Assembly (NCBI GenBank): GCA_963702205.1
Contig: OY969724.1
Span: 2,272,001-2,336,000, forward strand
Length of the DNA: 64,000 nt
Origin: an uncultured candidate division Zixibacteria bacterium
GTDB lineage: Bacteria > Zixibacteria > MSB-5A5 > GN15 > PGXB01
Reading direction: 5' to 3'
In this document: one piece after another, positions 32,092 through 41,367 of the stretch
Layout of the letters: each line of letters begins with the position of its first letter
Numbering within the stretch: the stretch's first letter is position 1
The notes under the pieces: generated by a model
What the model was told of the DNA's origin: nothing
The model's input: the letters and a program-made list of their open reading frames with translations, nothing else
Database searches by the model: none
Program-made: the position numbers and the translations under genes

Positions 32092-33546
32092 ATGAAATTG
32101 TCGTTGGCCAAGATCGTTGTTCTGCTTTTAGCACTCCTCACAACGACAGCTTTCGCCCAATATCGCGGGTTTAGTTATGACTTTTTCGGAGGCGGCGCAC
32201 GATCTGAGGGGATGGGTCAGGCATTTCTGGCTATTTCTGATGACGCCTCGGCCGGAAGCTGGAACCCGGCCGGACTGCATGTCCATGAAAAAACTCTCAT
32301 GCAGTTCAGCTACAACACGCTGATGCCCCGCGGAAATGAAAAATACTACCTTACCAGCGGTTCCTCCGCTCCCATTATCGATGGTCCGCTTTATTCGAAA
32401 TTGGACCATAGAGGAGATTATGGGGGAATTAATAATCTTGCCATCATATCGCCGCTCAGAATTAAGGGTCACCATGTAGTGGCGAGCATGTCATACACTG
32501 AAAATTTTGATACGTACAATACTTTCATGCAAAACCTCCTGTTCAATTACCTCGGGTGGGGGCCGTACCCCAACGCGAAAATCGAGGCGCACGGAAGTAT
32601 CAATTCAATTGATTTCGCGTTCGGCACCAGGGTATACAATCAATTGTCGTTCGGCGTTTCCGCAAACATCTATTATGGAAAAGTCGTTTCCGATGAATAT
32701 CGGTACCTGCGTTTTCATTTTACTGATATCAATGGGATAGAAAGAATATACCGGGACGAGATAAGAGTCATCGATTCGACCCAGTATACGGGTTTCAATA
32801 CGACTATCGGATTTATATACACCGGCGATCCTTTCCGGGCCGGTTTAACGATAAGGACTCCTTTTGACTTGAAAGGCAAATCCGACTCCACCATCACCTC
32901 ACACGCTACTGAAAACGGGCTTCCTATCGGAATTCCTGTTTTGATGTTTAAATCCGATACGGTCTACATTAATGACATGACCACGCAATATCAGATGCCC
33001 ATCATCATTGGTCTTGGATTAGCTTACAACCTGAACAGCAACTGGGTTGTCGATTGTGACGTGGATTATCGCGGATTCAAAGGGAAAAAGGTCAAAACAC
33101 TGGATAGTCTGCAGCTTACGGCCGGCGGCGAGAGGGTTGAATTTTACTCACCCAATGATTTGAACTGGAGCAACGTTTTCCAAGTTCGCATCGGAACCGA
33201 ATACCGCTGGGAGACTCCGGTTGGAATAATTCCTTTCAGGGCCGGTTTCCGAAACGAGGCCTTTCCTGACGGTAATGTCACCAACATCACAACTTTGTTT
33301 CAGGGCGAGAAAGGCTCAGCCACCAATGATTCCACGCGGGTTTACTATGCTTTTGAAAGCAATACCGACAAAATTAAAGGTTTCAGCGTTGGGGTCGGTA
33401 TAGGCATTTATTGGTCGCAAATTCAGCTGGACGTGGCGTACACCAATACGCGATATTCTCAGAAACTTTATGAGGGCGACTTTTTGCGGCTGGAAAATAA
33501 ATGGAACAACCATAGAATTAATGTCTCATTTACCGGGTATTTCTAA
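32092..33546 (+). CDS. FadL/OmpP1/TodX-like outer-membrane barrel
   Basis: Signal peptide; GARSEGMGQAF...DDASA..WNPAGL hatch motif; terminal Phe. Confidence 0.8.
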   Translation: MKLSLAKIVVLLLALLTTTAFAQYRGFSYDFFGGGARSEGMGQAFLAISDDASAGSWNPAGLHVHEKTLMQFSYNTLMPRGNEKYYLTSGSSAPIIDGPLYSKLDHRGDYGGINNLAIISPLRIKGHHVVASMSYTENFDTYNTFMQNLLFNYLGWGPYPNAKIEAHGSINSIDFAFGTRVYNQLSFGVSANIYYGKVVSDEYRYLRFHFTDINGIERIYRDEIRVIDSTQYTGFNTTIGFIYTGDPFRAGLTIRTPFDLKGKSDSTITSHATENGLPIGIPVLMFKSDTVYINDMTTQYQMPIIIGLGLAYNLNSNWVVDCDVDYRGFKGKKVKTLDSLQLTAGGERVEFYSPNDLNWSNVFQVRIGTEYRWETPVGIIPFRAGFRNEAFPDGNVTNITTLFQGEKGSATNDSTRVYYAFESNTDKIKGFSVGVGIGIYWSQIQLDVAYTNTRYSQKLYEGDFLRLENKWNNHRINVSFTGYF

Positions 33547-33561
33547 AATATGAATTTGCAT

Positions 33562-33597
33562 AATAGGGGTCGAGGCGATTTCGACCTCTATTTTTTT
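33562..33597 (+). terminator. Intrinsic terminator
   Basis: AATAGGGGTCGA/TCGACCTCTATT stem followed by a T tract. Confidence 0.75.
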
Positions 33598-33662
33598 AGT
33601 AAATAAGGGAACACAGCGCTCGGCCGATAACATTTAAAAGGTATATAACGGATGGAAATGGT

Positions 33663-34322
33663 ATGGGTACCAAAGTAAAGATCACCAAACATGAGTTAAA
33701 AGAAGATAAATTTACGACCGCGATGCTTAAAACGCGGAATTGGCTGGAAGACAACTGGCAGATTTTCGCCGTAATCGTTGCCGCGATCGTAATTATCGTC
33801 GTCGGCGCCTTCTATTACGCCGGCCATCAGTCCGAGATGGAACAAGAAGGCCTTCAAAAATACAGCCAGGCACTCAACCAGCTTCAGTCCATGAACTATC
33901 AGCCGGCAATTCTGAGCTTCAACGATATTATAGACAATTACAGCGGCGACGTGGTCGGCCGGGCTCAATTTAACCTCGGCAACGCTTATTTCGAAAGCCG
34001 CGACTACGATGAAGCCATCACTGCTTTTCAAAAGTACATTGATAAATACCATCTCGATCCTCTGACGACTTCGTCGGCCATCGCCGGTATAGCTTCGAGC
34101 CTGGAAAGCCAGCAGAAGTTCGCCGATGGGGCCGCCAAATATCTTGAAGCGATCGATAATTACCCGGACACGCCGGCCAGACCCGATTACCTGCTTGGAG
34201 CAATTCGCTGTTACAGCCAACTTGGTGAAAAAGATAAAATCAAGCCGGAACTCGACACTCTCGAAAAAGATTATGCGGGATCGGATCAGTATTTTACGGC
34301 GTACCAGCTCTATATGCAATAA
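33663..34322 (+). CDS. Membrane-anchored TPR protein (YfgM-like)
   Basis: Short charged N-terminus, one TM helix, TPR-like repeats (AQFNLGNAYF..RDYDEAI..F). Confidence 0.8.
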   Translation: MGTKVKITKHELKEDKFTTAMLKTRNWLEDNWQIFAVIVAAIVIIVVGAFYYAGHQSEMEQEGLQKYSQALNQLQSMNYQPAILSFNDIIDNYSGDVVGRAQFNLGNAYFESRDYDEAITAFQKYIDKYHLDPLTTSSAIAGIASSLESQQKFADGAAKYLEAIDNYPDTPARPDYLLGAIRCYSQLGEKDKIKPELDTLEKDYAGSDQYFTAYQLYMQ

Positions 34323-34343
34323 GTGTATCCATTAGCGCGGAGG

Positions 34344-36473
34344 ATGCCCGTGTCAGCCGACCCAAAAACAAAAATCGGTCTGTTATGGCATATGCATCAG
34401 CCGTACTATTTAAATCCCGATACCAATAAATTCGATATGCCCTGGGTCCGTTTTCACGGAGTCAAGGATTATCTCGATATGGCTCTTCTGGCGTCGCGAT
34501 ATGAAAACGTCAAGACTACGTTCAACCTGGTTCCGTCCTTGCTCGATCAAATCGAGCTTTATAACCGGGGCGTGACCGATTATCATTTCGATCTGAGTCT
34601 GGTTCCGGCCCGGGAGCTTACTCCCGAACAAAAAAAGATCATTCTGGAGACGTTCTTCTCTGCCAATCATCAGACGATGATCGAGCCCTACATTCGGTAC
34701 CGACAGTTGTATCGCAAGAAAGACGCCTGTGGCACCGACCTCGACCTGGCCGTGAAAATATTTTCGGCCTCGGAATGGCGCGATCTTCAGGTTTGGTCGA
34801 ATCTGGCCTGGGTCGACCGGATGTTCAGAAAGGATGAACCGGTGCGCCGCCTGTTTGATAAGGGGAGAGATTTCACCGAAGAAGATAAGCATGAGCTGCT
34901 TTCATTTCATCTTGACATTTTAAGCCGGATCATTCCGACGTATAAAAAACTGTACGATGACGGCCGCATAGATATTTCATTTACTCCATATTATCATCCG
35001 ATTTTGCCACTGTTGGTCGATCATGAAAGCGCCCGCGAAGCGATTACAGACATTGAGCTGCCGAAGGACGGCTTCAAGTTTCCCGAGGACGCGGAAGCAC
35101 AAATAGAAAAATCCTGTCAAAGATTCTCGGAACTTTTCGGAGGAAAGCTTGAAGGTATGTGGCCGTCCGAAGGGTCGGTCTCGGAACCGGTTCTGGAGCT
35201 GATTAGGAAGGCGGGGATTTCCTGGACGGCATCCGATGAAGAAATCCTTAACGGATCTCTGCATAAATCCGGTTTGACCCTCAAACAAAATTGTTGCTAT
35301 CGGGCGTATGAGTTTTCAAAAGCTGCCGGGCTGAAAATCTTTTTCCGAGACCGGGCCCTTTCGGATAAGATCGGCTTTATCTACGCCTCCTGGAATCCCG
35401 AGCGCGCTGTTGATGATTTTATGCACTGTCTGCGTCAGATCGACCGGGAGTGTGATATCCCCAAAGAAGAACGAATCATTCCGATTATTCTCGACGGCGA
35501 AAACGCGTGGGAATATTACGCCGATGACGGTGTTGGATTCCTGACTTTAATGTATGAGGCTTTTGACAAGAGCACTGAATTCAGCATCGATGGATATTCG
35601 GAAATGGCACGCGAGTCAAGGGCTCAGAGACTGCCGTCGATACTGGCCGGCTCGTGGATTCGCCACAACTTCCAAATCTGGATCGGCCATCCCGAAGATA
35701 ATACCGCCTGGGATCTATTGTTTGCGGCCCGGCAGAAGGTCGCGGAATTCGCGAAACAAAATCAGCAGGTCTCGGAAACTGCCGCAAAGGCCTGGGAACA
35801 AATCTATATCGCCGAAGGATCGGATTGGTGCTGGTGGTACGGCGACGATCATATCGGTGCCCACAATCCCAGGTTCGATGCACTTTATCGCCGTCATTTG
35901 AGGCAGGTGTATGTCATACTCGGGCTGGACGTGCCGGATGAGCTCTCTCGTCCCATATTCAAAGGTCATCAGCACTCGTTTCTATCGGCTCCGGAATCAT
36001 TAATTACACCGGTCCTTGACGGCCGAATTACCCACTATTATGAATGGAGCGGCTCCGGACATTTTCAATGCAGTCTCGCCAGTCTGGCCATGCATCGGAC
36101 CGAACATTTTATATCCAATATTTACTTCGCCTTCGATTACAGCCGGTTTTATATTCGCCTTGACTTTGAAAAACGATTTCATTTAGTTATTGCCGAAAAC
36201 GATAGGCTGGTGGTCGACTTTGGATCCTCGGGCCAATACGGCTTCGATATGAAAAAGAGCACGAACGCCAACGTCCCGGGAGTTGAATCCATATTTGACC
36301 GGATTTTCGAGGCGGGATTCGACAGGAAAATACTGGCGTCCTTGGGTTTTGGAGAGATTTTTATGACAATTTCGTTGTATAGTAAAGATAAATTGGTTGA
36401 AAAATGGCCTGCCGATAATCCCATCAGGATTGATCTGCCCGAACGGGATAAGGAGATTTTTTGGCAGGTTTAA
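34344..36473 (+). CDS. Glycoside hydrolase family 57 (amylopullulanase-like)
   Basis: WHMHQP, HPILPL, GMWPSEG, LDGENAWE and AEGSDW motifs; alternative GTG start at 34323. Confidence 0.9.
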   Translation: MPVSADPKTKIGLLWHMHQPYYLNPDTNKFDMPWVRFHGVKDYLDMALLASRYENVKTTFNLVPSLLDQIELYNRGVTDYHFDLSLVPARELTPEQKKIILETFFSANHQTMIEPYIRYRQLYRKKDACGTDLDLAVKIFSASEWRDLQVWSNLAWVDRMFRKDEPVRRLFDKGRDFTEEDKHELLSFHLDILSRIIPTYKKLYDDGRIDISFTPYYHPILPLLVDHESAREAITDIELPKDGFKFPEDAEAQIEKSCQRFSELFGGKLEGMWPSEGSVSEPVLELIRKAGISWTASDEEILNGSLHKSGLTLKQNCCYRAYEFSKAAGLKIFFRDRALSDKIGFIYASWNPERAVDDFMHCLRQIDRECDIPKEERIIPIILDGENAWEYYADDGVGFLTLMYEAFDKSTEFSIDGYSEMARESRAQRLPSILAGSWIRHNFQIWIGHPEDNTAWDLLFAARQKVAEFAKQNQQVSETAAKAWEQIYIAEGSDWCWWYGDDHIGAHNPRFDALYRRHLRQVYVILGLDVPDELSRPIFKGHQHSFLSAPESLITPVLDGRITHYYEWSGSGHFQCSLASLAMHRTEHFISNIYFAFDYSRFYIRLDFEKRFHLVIAENDRLVVDFGSSGQYGFDMKKSTNANVPGVESIFDRIFEAGFDRKILASLGFGEIFMTISLYSKDKLVEKWPADNPIRIDLPERDKEIFWQV

Positions 36474-36488
36474 GCAGGGAGCAATAAA

Positions 36489-36899
36489 GTGAGTTCATTT
36501 TTCAAAGAGGAAAACGCCAGTTCCAACGGGGAAGCCCGGCAGGAATCGGATATCCCCAATCTTGATGGTTCTTTCAAAGCCTCGGGCAGTGGGGAGTTCG
36601 ATCGCGACCGAGGGATGATCGCTGCGATTTTGTCATATATCCCGTTTTTATGCCTGATTCCTCTTTTGCAAATGAGAGACAATGAACAGGCGCGATTCCA
36701 CAGCCGACAGGGCTTCATAATTTTTCTCGTGGAACTTTTGGCCTTGTTTTTCCTGATTCCGGGGCTGTCCGGCCTGTTCTGGAAAGCCATAATTATCTTC
36801 GCGCTCGGTGCTTCGGTAGCCGGCATAATTTTCGGCATACAGGGCAAGCAGTACCGCCTGCCGATAATAGGCGATTTTGCGGATAAACTAAAATTATGA
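36489..36899 (+). CDS. DUF4870-like small membrane protein
   Basis: AILSY, FHSRQG and G..YRLPIIG motifs. Confidence 0.75.
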   Translation: MSSFFKEENASSNGEARQESDIPNLDGSFKASGSGEFDRDRGMIAAILSYIPFLCLIPLLQMRDNEQARFHSRQGFIIFLVELLALFFLIPGLSGLFWKAIIIFALGASVAGIIFGIQGKQYRLPIIGDFADKLKL

Positions 36900-36916
36900 A
36901 TCTGAACTCGAATAGA

Positions 36917-37705
36917 ATGAAATATTTCTCCATTTTCCTGGTGGCGGCCTTTTTAATGGGCTGCGCGACCACCGGACCGGGTGGCAAGAAGTCGGTCATA
37001 CTCATTGACTCGGCTACGGAAGTTTCAATCGGTCAGGATGCCGACGTTCAGATTCGCGAACAAAACAAAATGCTCACGGATACGGCTTGGTTGAATTACG
37101 TGGACAGAATCGGTCAAGACATCGTCTCCCATTGCGACCGCCGCGATATTCAATACCATTTCGCGATCATTGATACGAATTTAGTTAATGCCTTCGCGAC
37201 TCCGGGCGGCTATATATATTTGTATACGGGACTACTGAAAAGCATGGATAATGAGGCCGAACTGGCTGCCGTCATGGCGCACGAAATTTCGCACGTGGTG
37301 GCCCGTCACGGTGTCAAAAGACTTCAGGCCGCCATGGGAGTGGCCCTGCTCCAGCAGCTTGTCCTGGGCAACAGCTCAGACGCCCTCAACGCTTCCGTCG
37401 GTATGGCCGTGGGCCTGAGTTTCGCCGGTTATTCGCGTGAAAACGAGCGCGAGGCCGATTCCTACGGCATAGCATACATGACGCGAACGGGGTACGATCC
37501 TCACGGTGCGATAACCATGTTCGAGAAGCTGGCGCAGATGTCCAATGGCTCTCCGGATTTCTTTGAAAGCCTGACCATGTCTCATCCGGGAACTCAGGAG
37601 AGAATTGCCAATGCGAAAGAAGAAATAGCATCAATGCCCGGCCTTTCTGCCAATCTGGTTTTGAATCCCGATAAATACCGACAGATGAAATCCCGCCTGA
37701 ATTAA
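36917..37705 (+). CDS. M48-family Zn metalloprotease lipoprotein
   Basis: Lipobox LMGC; NAFATPGG, HEISH, E.EAD and SHP motifs. Confidence 0.92.
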   Translation: MKYFSIFLVAAFLMGCATTGPGGKKSVILIDSATEVSIGQDADVQIREQNKMLTDTAWLNYVDRIGQDIVSHCDRRDIQYHFAIIDTNLVNAFATPGGYIYLYTGLLKSMDNEAELAAVMAHEISHVVARHGVKRLQAAMGVALLQQLVLGNSSDALNASVGMAVGLSFAGYSRENEREADSYGIAYMTRTGYDPHGAITMFEKLAQMSNGSPDFFESLTMSHPGTQERIANAKEEIASMPGLSANLVLNPDKYRQMKSRLN

Positions 37706-38252
37706 TAAATTCTTATTTTCACCGATACATTTTATATAAATGCGACGGTCAGCAATAAATGCTGGCGTAAGTACATGAAAATATAGTACTTAAGTAGACG
37801 CATAAATTGATTATTTATATTTTTTTATTGACGTTGAGTTAAAAAATTTAATATCCTTATGTATAAGTATAGGAGTCAGACCATAGGTTTGAGTTCGTCT
37901 TGACTAAGTATGAAACAAATAGAGGGAAGTTGTTCAAAACGGGCACACAGCCGCAAACTTATGGAATACAGCAGCTTAAAATGAAAAAACGGGGTCAGTC
38001 CGACAACCTGATTAAAGCATGACCGCATAAGTAATAATTCATAGTTTTACACCCCGAAAATGGCTTGGGGGAGAGCCATTTCCAGAATGATTGAACGACA
38101 ATATAAGTGCAAGGATTATAATAGATTACCCGGTCCGGACAAGGCTCTGGAAAAGGAATTCAAATTTCTTGTCGAACTTGACTCATCGGGCATCATCTCT
38201 GCCATTATAACCGCAAGAAGGATAATGAAAAACAAGAAAGTTGAGGTTATGA

Positions 38253-39197
38253 ATGGCGAGTAGATGCATTTCAAAGATACTGTTTATCTGGGGATTGATG
38301 GTCATTGTGGCCGCCCTGCTCGGCAAGGTAGCGATTGCCGAAGATAATGGTCAAACCGTGGCCGACTTTCTTAATATTAATACTGATGCCAGGTCGGCCG
38401 CTATGGGTGGTGCCTATACGGCTTTGGCCAGCGGGCCGTCGGCTCTATACTGGAATCCGGCGGGGCTGACTCTCGAACAATATCCACAGTTATCGCTTTC
38501 TCATTTTTCGTGGTACCAGGATATTAAGTTCGAACACTTGGCGGCGAACGTCCCGTTGAATGACCGGTTAGCTATGGCGGGCGGCATTACGTATTTGAGC
38601 TATGGTGACATTCAGGGGTATGACCAGTTCGACAATCCCATTAATGATATTGGTTCAACCAATGATATGGCCATGGTTATTTCGGCGGCTTATATGGCCA
38701 GCGATGTTTTCTCGGTTGGGGTAAGCGCCAAATACATCAATCTTAATCTGGCCGGTACGCGGGCCTCGGCGATTGCCGGTGATTTCGGCGTCAGTGCTCG
38801 CTACGACAAATACCTGTTTGGCCTGACTTTGTCCAATGTGGGGCAGAAGATCAAATTCAATTCGATCGAGGAAGACCTCCCGGTTCATCTTCGGTTCGGA
38901 GCGGCCACAAGCTGGCTCGATGGCTCAGTGACGGCCGTGACCGAATACGATCATGGCTTCAAGAGCAGCTCGGCCTTCAAGAACGGTGTCGAATACGGAT
39001 ACGAACATAAGTATTTCCTACAGCTGGGATATAATTATCAAGTGGAAGATTCTCCCGACGGCATGGCCGGTGGTATGGCTTTCGGAGCCGGAGCGCTGGT
39101 TGGACCAGCCAGAATTGATTATGCCTATTCTCCCGGTATCGGAGCCGGATCGGATTCGATCCATCGCTTTACGGTTAACTTCAAGTTGACCAATTAA
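38253..39197 (+). CDS. PorV/PorQ-family outer-membrane barrel
   Basis: DFL.I..DARSAAMGGAY...YWNPAGL, IDYAY and HRF motifs; signal peptide. Confidence 0.8.
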   Translation: MASRCISKILFIWGLMVIVAALLGKVAIAEDNGQTVADFLNINTDARSAAMGGAYTALASGPSALYWNPAGLTLEQYPQLSLSHFSWYQDIKFEHLAANVPLNDRLAMAGGITYLSYGDIQGYDQFDNPINDIGSTNDMAMVISAAYMASDVFSVGVSAKYINLNLAGTRASAIAGDFGVSARYDKYLFGLTLSNVGQKIKFNSIEEDLPVHLRFGAATSWLDGSVTAVTEYDHGFKSSSAFKNGVEYGYEHKYFLQLGYNYQVEDSPDGMAGGMAFGAGALVGPARIDYAYSPGIGAGSDSIHRFTVNFKLTN

Positions 39198-39224
39198 ATA
39201 TATATTTCATATATTCACAAATTC

Positions 39225-39253
39225 AACGCCCGGAGCGCCTCCGGGCGTTTTTT
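39225..39253 (+). terminator. Intrinsic terminator
   Basis: AACGCCCGGAG/CTCCGGGCGTT stem followed by a T tract. Confidence 0.88.
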
Positions 39254-39479
39254 ATTGCAAATTGCAAACTGTTTCCTAAACAATGCGCAATAACCTGCAT
39301 CAATTATGATCGAGTTTACATGAGTATTTGCTATTGCATAATCGGAAAATGCTAATTGTATACAACTCAATCCAGATTGAACATTGTTGGAATATTCAAC
39401 CTGTTGAATAATAACAACATATGATGTTAATCAGGCCTTGCGCAATATTTGCGCATTTTTAATATTCCAAAGGCTTTTC

Positions 39480-39495
39480 TGGCAGTCCTTTTGCT
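39480..39495 (+). promoter_or_regulatory. Sigma54 (-24/-12) promoter upstream of the sugar transferase
   Basis: TGGCAG-TCCTT-TTGCT with exact GG-N10-GC spacing. Confidence 0.7.
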
Positions 39496-39567
39496 CAATA
39501 GGGGGAAAATGGCTATTTAGCCTCTTACCACGGGTTTTCTAAGAAGGAAAGTTTTAGGATATCTTTA

Positions 39568-40503
39568 ATGAAAATAGGCGATTTGGATAATAACCCGTCC
39601 TCGGAAGCAACTGCCCTAACCGCCAACAGGTTTAGTATGCCAATAGGATCCGCAGTTGGTTTGGAGCATGTCGAAAGGCTGCCCCACCGTCCGATGGTAT
39701 CTTTGGCTGATTCATTCAAATTCTTTTTCACCGAATATTTCGGCGGTATTCTGTTTGTCATGGCGGTTATGTTCTTTATCTTAATTGCCGCGGATAATGT
39801 CAGACATCCCATAAAGGTGGTAATGACTATGATTGATAGGTTTCTCAAGAAAGCCCTCGATGTCTTGGGTGCCGCAATCGGTTTGATATTTTGCATTCCA
39901 TTTTTCATTATAGTTCCGATTTTGATCAAGCTTGACAGCCGGGGCCCGGTGTTTTATACCCAGGATAGAATAGGCATAAACCGACGCAAGAAAAACCGCC
40001 GTGCTTATCGTTCGATGATCGACGAAAACCGCCGCCTGCGCGACCGTCGCCGTCAGGATTATCACGGACAGCCGTTCAAAGTTATCAAATTCCGCACCAT
40101 GGTTCAGGATGCCGAGCGGAATTGCGGACCGGTTTGGGCGTCGAAAAACGATCCCCGGGTTACGCGTCTGGGACGGTTCCTGCGCAAGACGCGCATTGAC
40201 GAAATCCCGCAGCTTTTTAACGTCATCCGAGGCGAAATGTCCATGGTTGGACCGAGGCCGGAGCGACCGAATTTCGTTTCCGATTTTGCCCAGAAGATCC
40301 CCGAATACAGGGTTCGCCTGAACGTCAAGCCCGGTATAACGGGTCTGGCTCAGGTTTCGAGCGGGTATGACAGTTCGTTGCAGTCGGTGATAATCAAGCT
40401 GAAAGCGGATATCAATTATATCAGGGAATGGTCCATTTGGAGCGATGTTAAGATTTTGATGCGCACCGTCGTCGTGGTTATAACCGGCAAGGGCGCCTGT
40501 TGA
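39568..40503 (+). CDS. Polyprenyl-phosphate priming sugar transferase (Bac_transf family)
   Basis: [29 protein letters not shown] and [11 protein letters not shown] motifs; start position uncertain. Confidence 0.92.
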   Translation: MKIGDLDNNPSSEATALTANRFSMPIGSAVGLEHVERLPHRPMVSLADSFKFFFTEYFGGILFVMAVMFFILIAADNVRHPIKVVMTMIDRFLKKALDVLGAAIGLIFCIPFFIIVPILIKLDSRGPVFYTQDRIGINRRKKNRRAYRSMIDENRRLRDRRRQDYHGQPFKVIKFRTMVQDAERNCGPVWASKNDPRVTRLGRFLRKTRIDEIPQLFNVIRGEMSMVGPRPERPNFVSDFAQKIPEYRVRLNVKPGITGLAQVSSGYDSSLQSVIIKLKADINYIREWSIWSDVKILMRTVVVVITGKGAC

Positions 40504-40526
40504 CACGTGAAATAAATAAAAATTTT

Positions 40527-40555
40527 AGCCGCACCTCCGACGGTGCGGTTTTTTA
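40527..40555 (+). terminator. Intrinsic terminator
   Basis: AGCCGCACC/GGTGCGGTT stem followed by a T tract. Confidence 0.8.
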
Positions 40556-40631
40556 TTGCTTGAAATGACTCATAAAAATTAATATCTTTCTCGATCAGAG
40601 TAAAAAAGGAAATTTTATGCGAGATAGGGAT

Positions 40632-41351
40632 ATGATGACCAAAGGGATCTTGGCAGCCTTACTGCTTTTTATAACCCCGGCAATAATGGCTCAAAACTCG
40701 ACACCCGGTTTGACCGTACAAACGACACCGCCGGGGGCCGAGGTCGAAGTGGCCGGGGCGCTGACTGTCCGGGGCGTTACGCCCATTACTTTTCCTCAGG
40801 GGCTTGCGGGCGAGTTCGACGTCCATATTAAAAAAGCCGGATACGAAAATTACAATTCCAGCTTATTTCTGAGCACAACCAAGCACACGCAAATCGACGT
40901 CAATCTGACGGCCAAAACGAAATTCAAAGCAGCTTTCAGGTCGCTCTTTATACCCGGCTGGGGGCAGTCCTATTCCGACCGCAAGACCAGGGGAATTGCC
41001 TTTATGATGCTGGCGGCCGGTTCGGTGGCTTCGTATTTCATCGCCGATAACAGATTCGACGACAAGCGCAAGACGTATGATGACTATTTGGCACGGTACA
41101 ATCGGGCAACCGATTATGCGGAAAAACAAAGTCTGTATCCGCTTTTGGAATCAGCCCACAAGGATGCATACGATGCCGAAAACGTAAGGCGAATTACGAT
41201 CGGGGCCACCGTCGCGGTGTGGTCCTTGAGTTTTCTGGATGCTTTGTTATTTTTCCCTGAACAAAAAAGCAGCATCCTTGTCGACCAGATAACTCTTGAG
41301 CCTGATTTAATGAACGGCGGCGGACAGATAGTCCTGTCGTGGGATTTTTAG
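40632..41351 (+). CDS. Secreted PEGA-domain / DUF5683-like protein
   Basis: Signal peptide; TTPPGAEV..G.TP..K.GY (PEGA); RSLFIPGWGQ.Y motif; terminal Phe. Confidence 0.75.
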   Translation: MMTKGILAALLLFITPAIMAQNSTPGLTVQTTPPGAEVEVAGALTVRGVTPITFPQGLAGEFDVHIKKAGYENYNSSLFLSTTKHTQIDVNLTAKTKFKAAFRSLFIPGWGQSYSDRKTRGIAFMMLAAGSVASYFIADNRFDDKRKTYDDYLARYNRATDYAEKQSLYPLLESAHKDAYDAENVRRITIGATVAVWSLSFLDALLFFPEQKSSILVDQITLEPDLMNGGGQIVLSWDF

Positions 41352-41367
41352 GAGCGAGGGGCCGGAA

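Noticed and set aside
37910..38035. Resemblance to c-di-GMP riboswitches (GGGCAC, GCAAA words)
   Set aside because: The required partner motifs and stems of class I and class II are missing.
38060..38263. 67-aa ORF overlapping the PorV-like start
   Set aside because: No RBS, the start lies inside a hairpin, and there are no protein features.
39509..39520. Mini-ORF MAI* after the sigma54 promoter
   Set aside because: Its RBS-like G run lies at or before the predicted TSS; too short to support.
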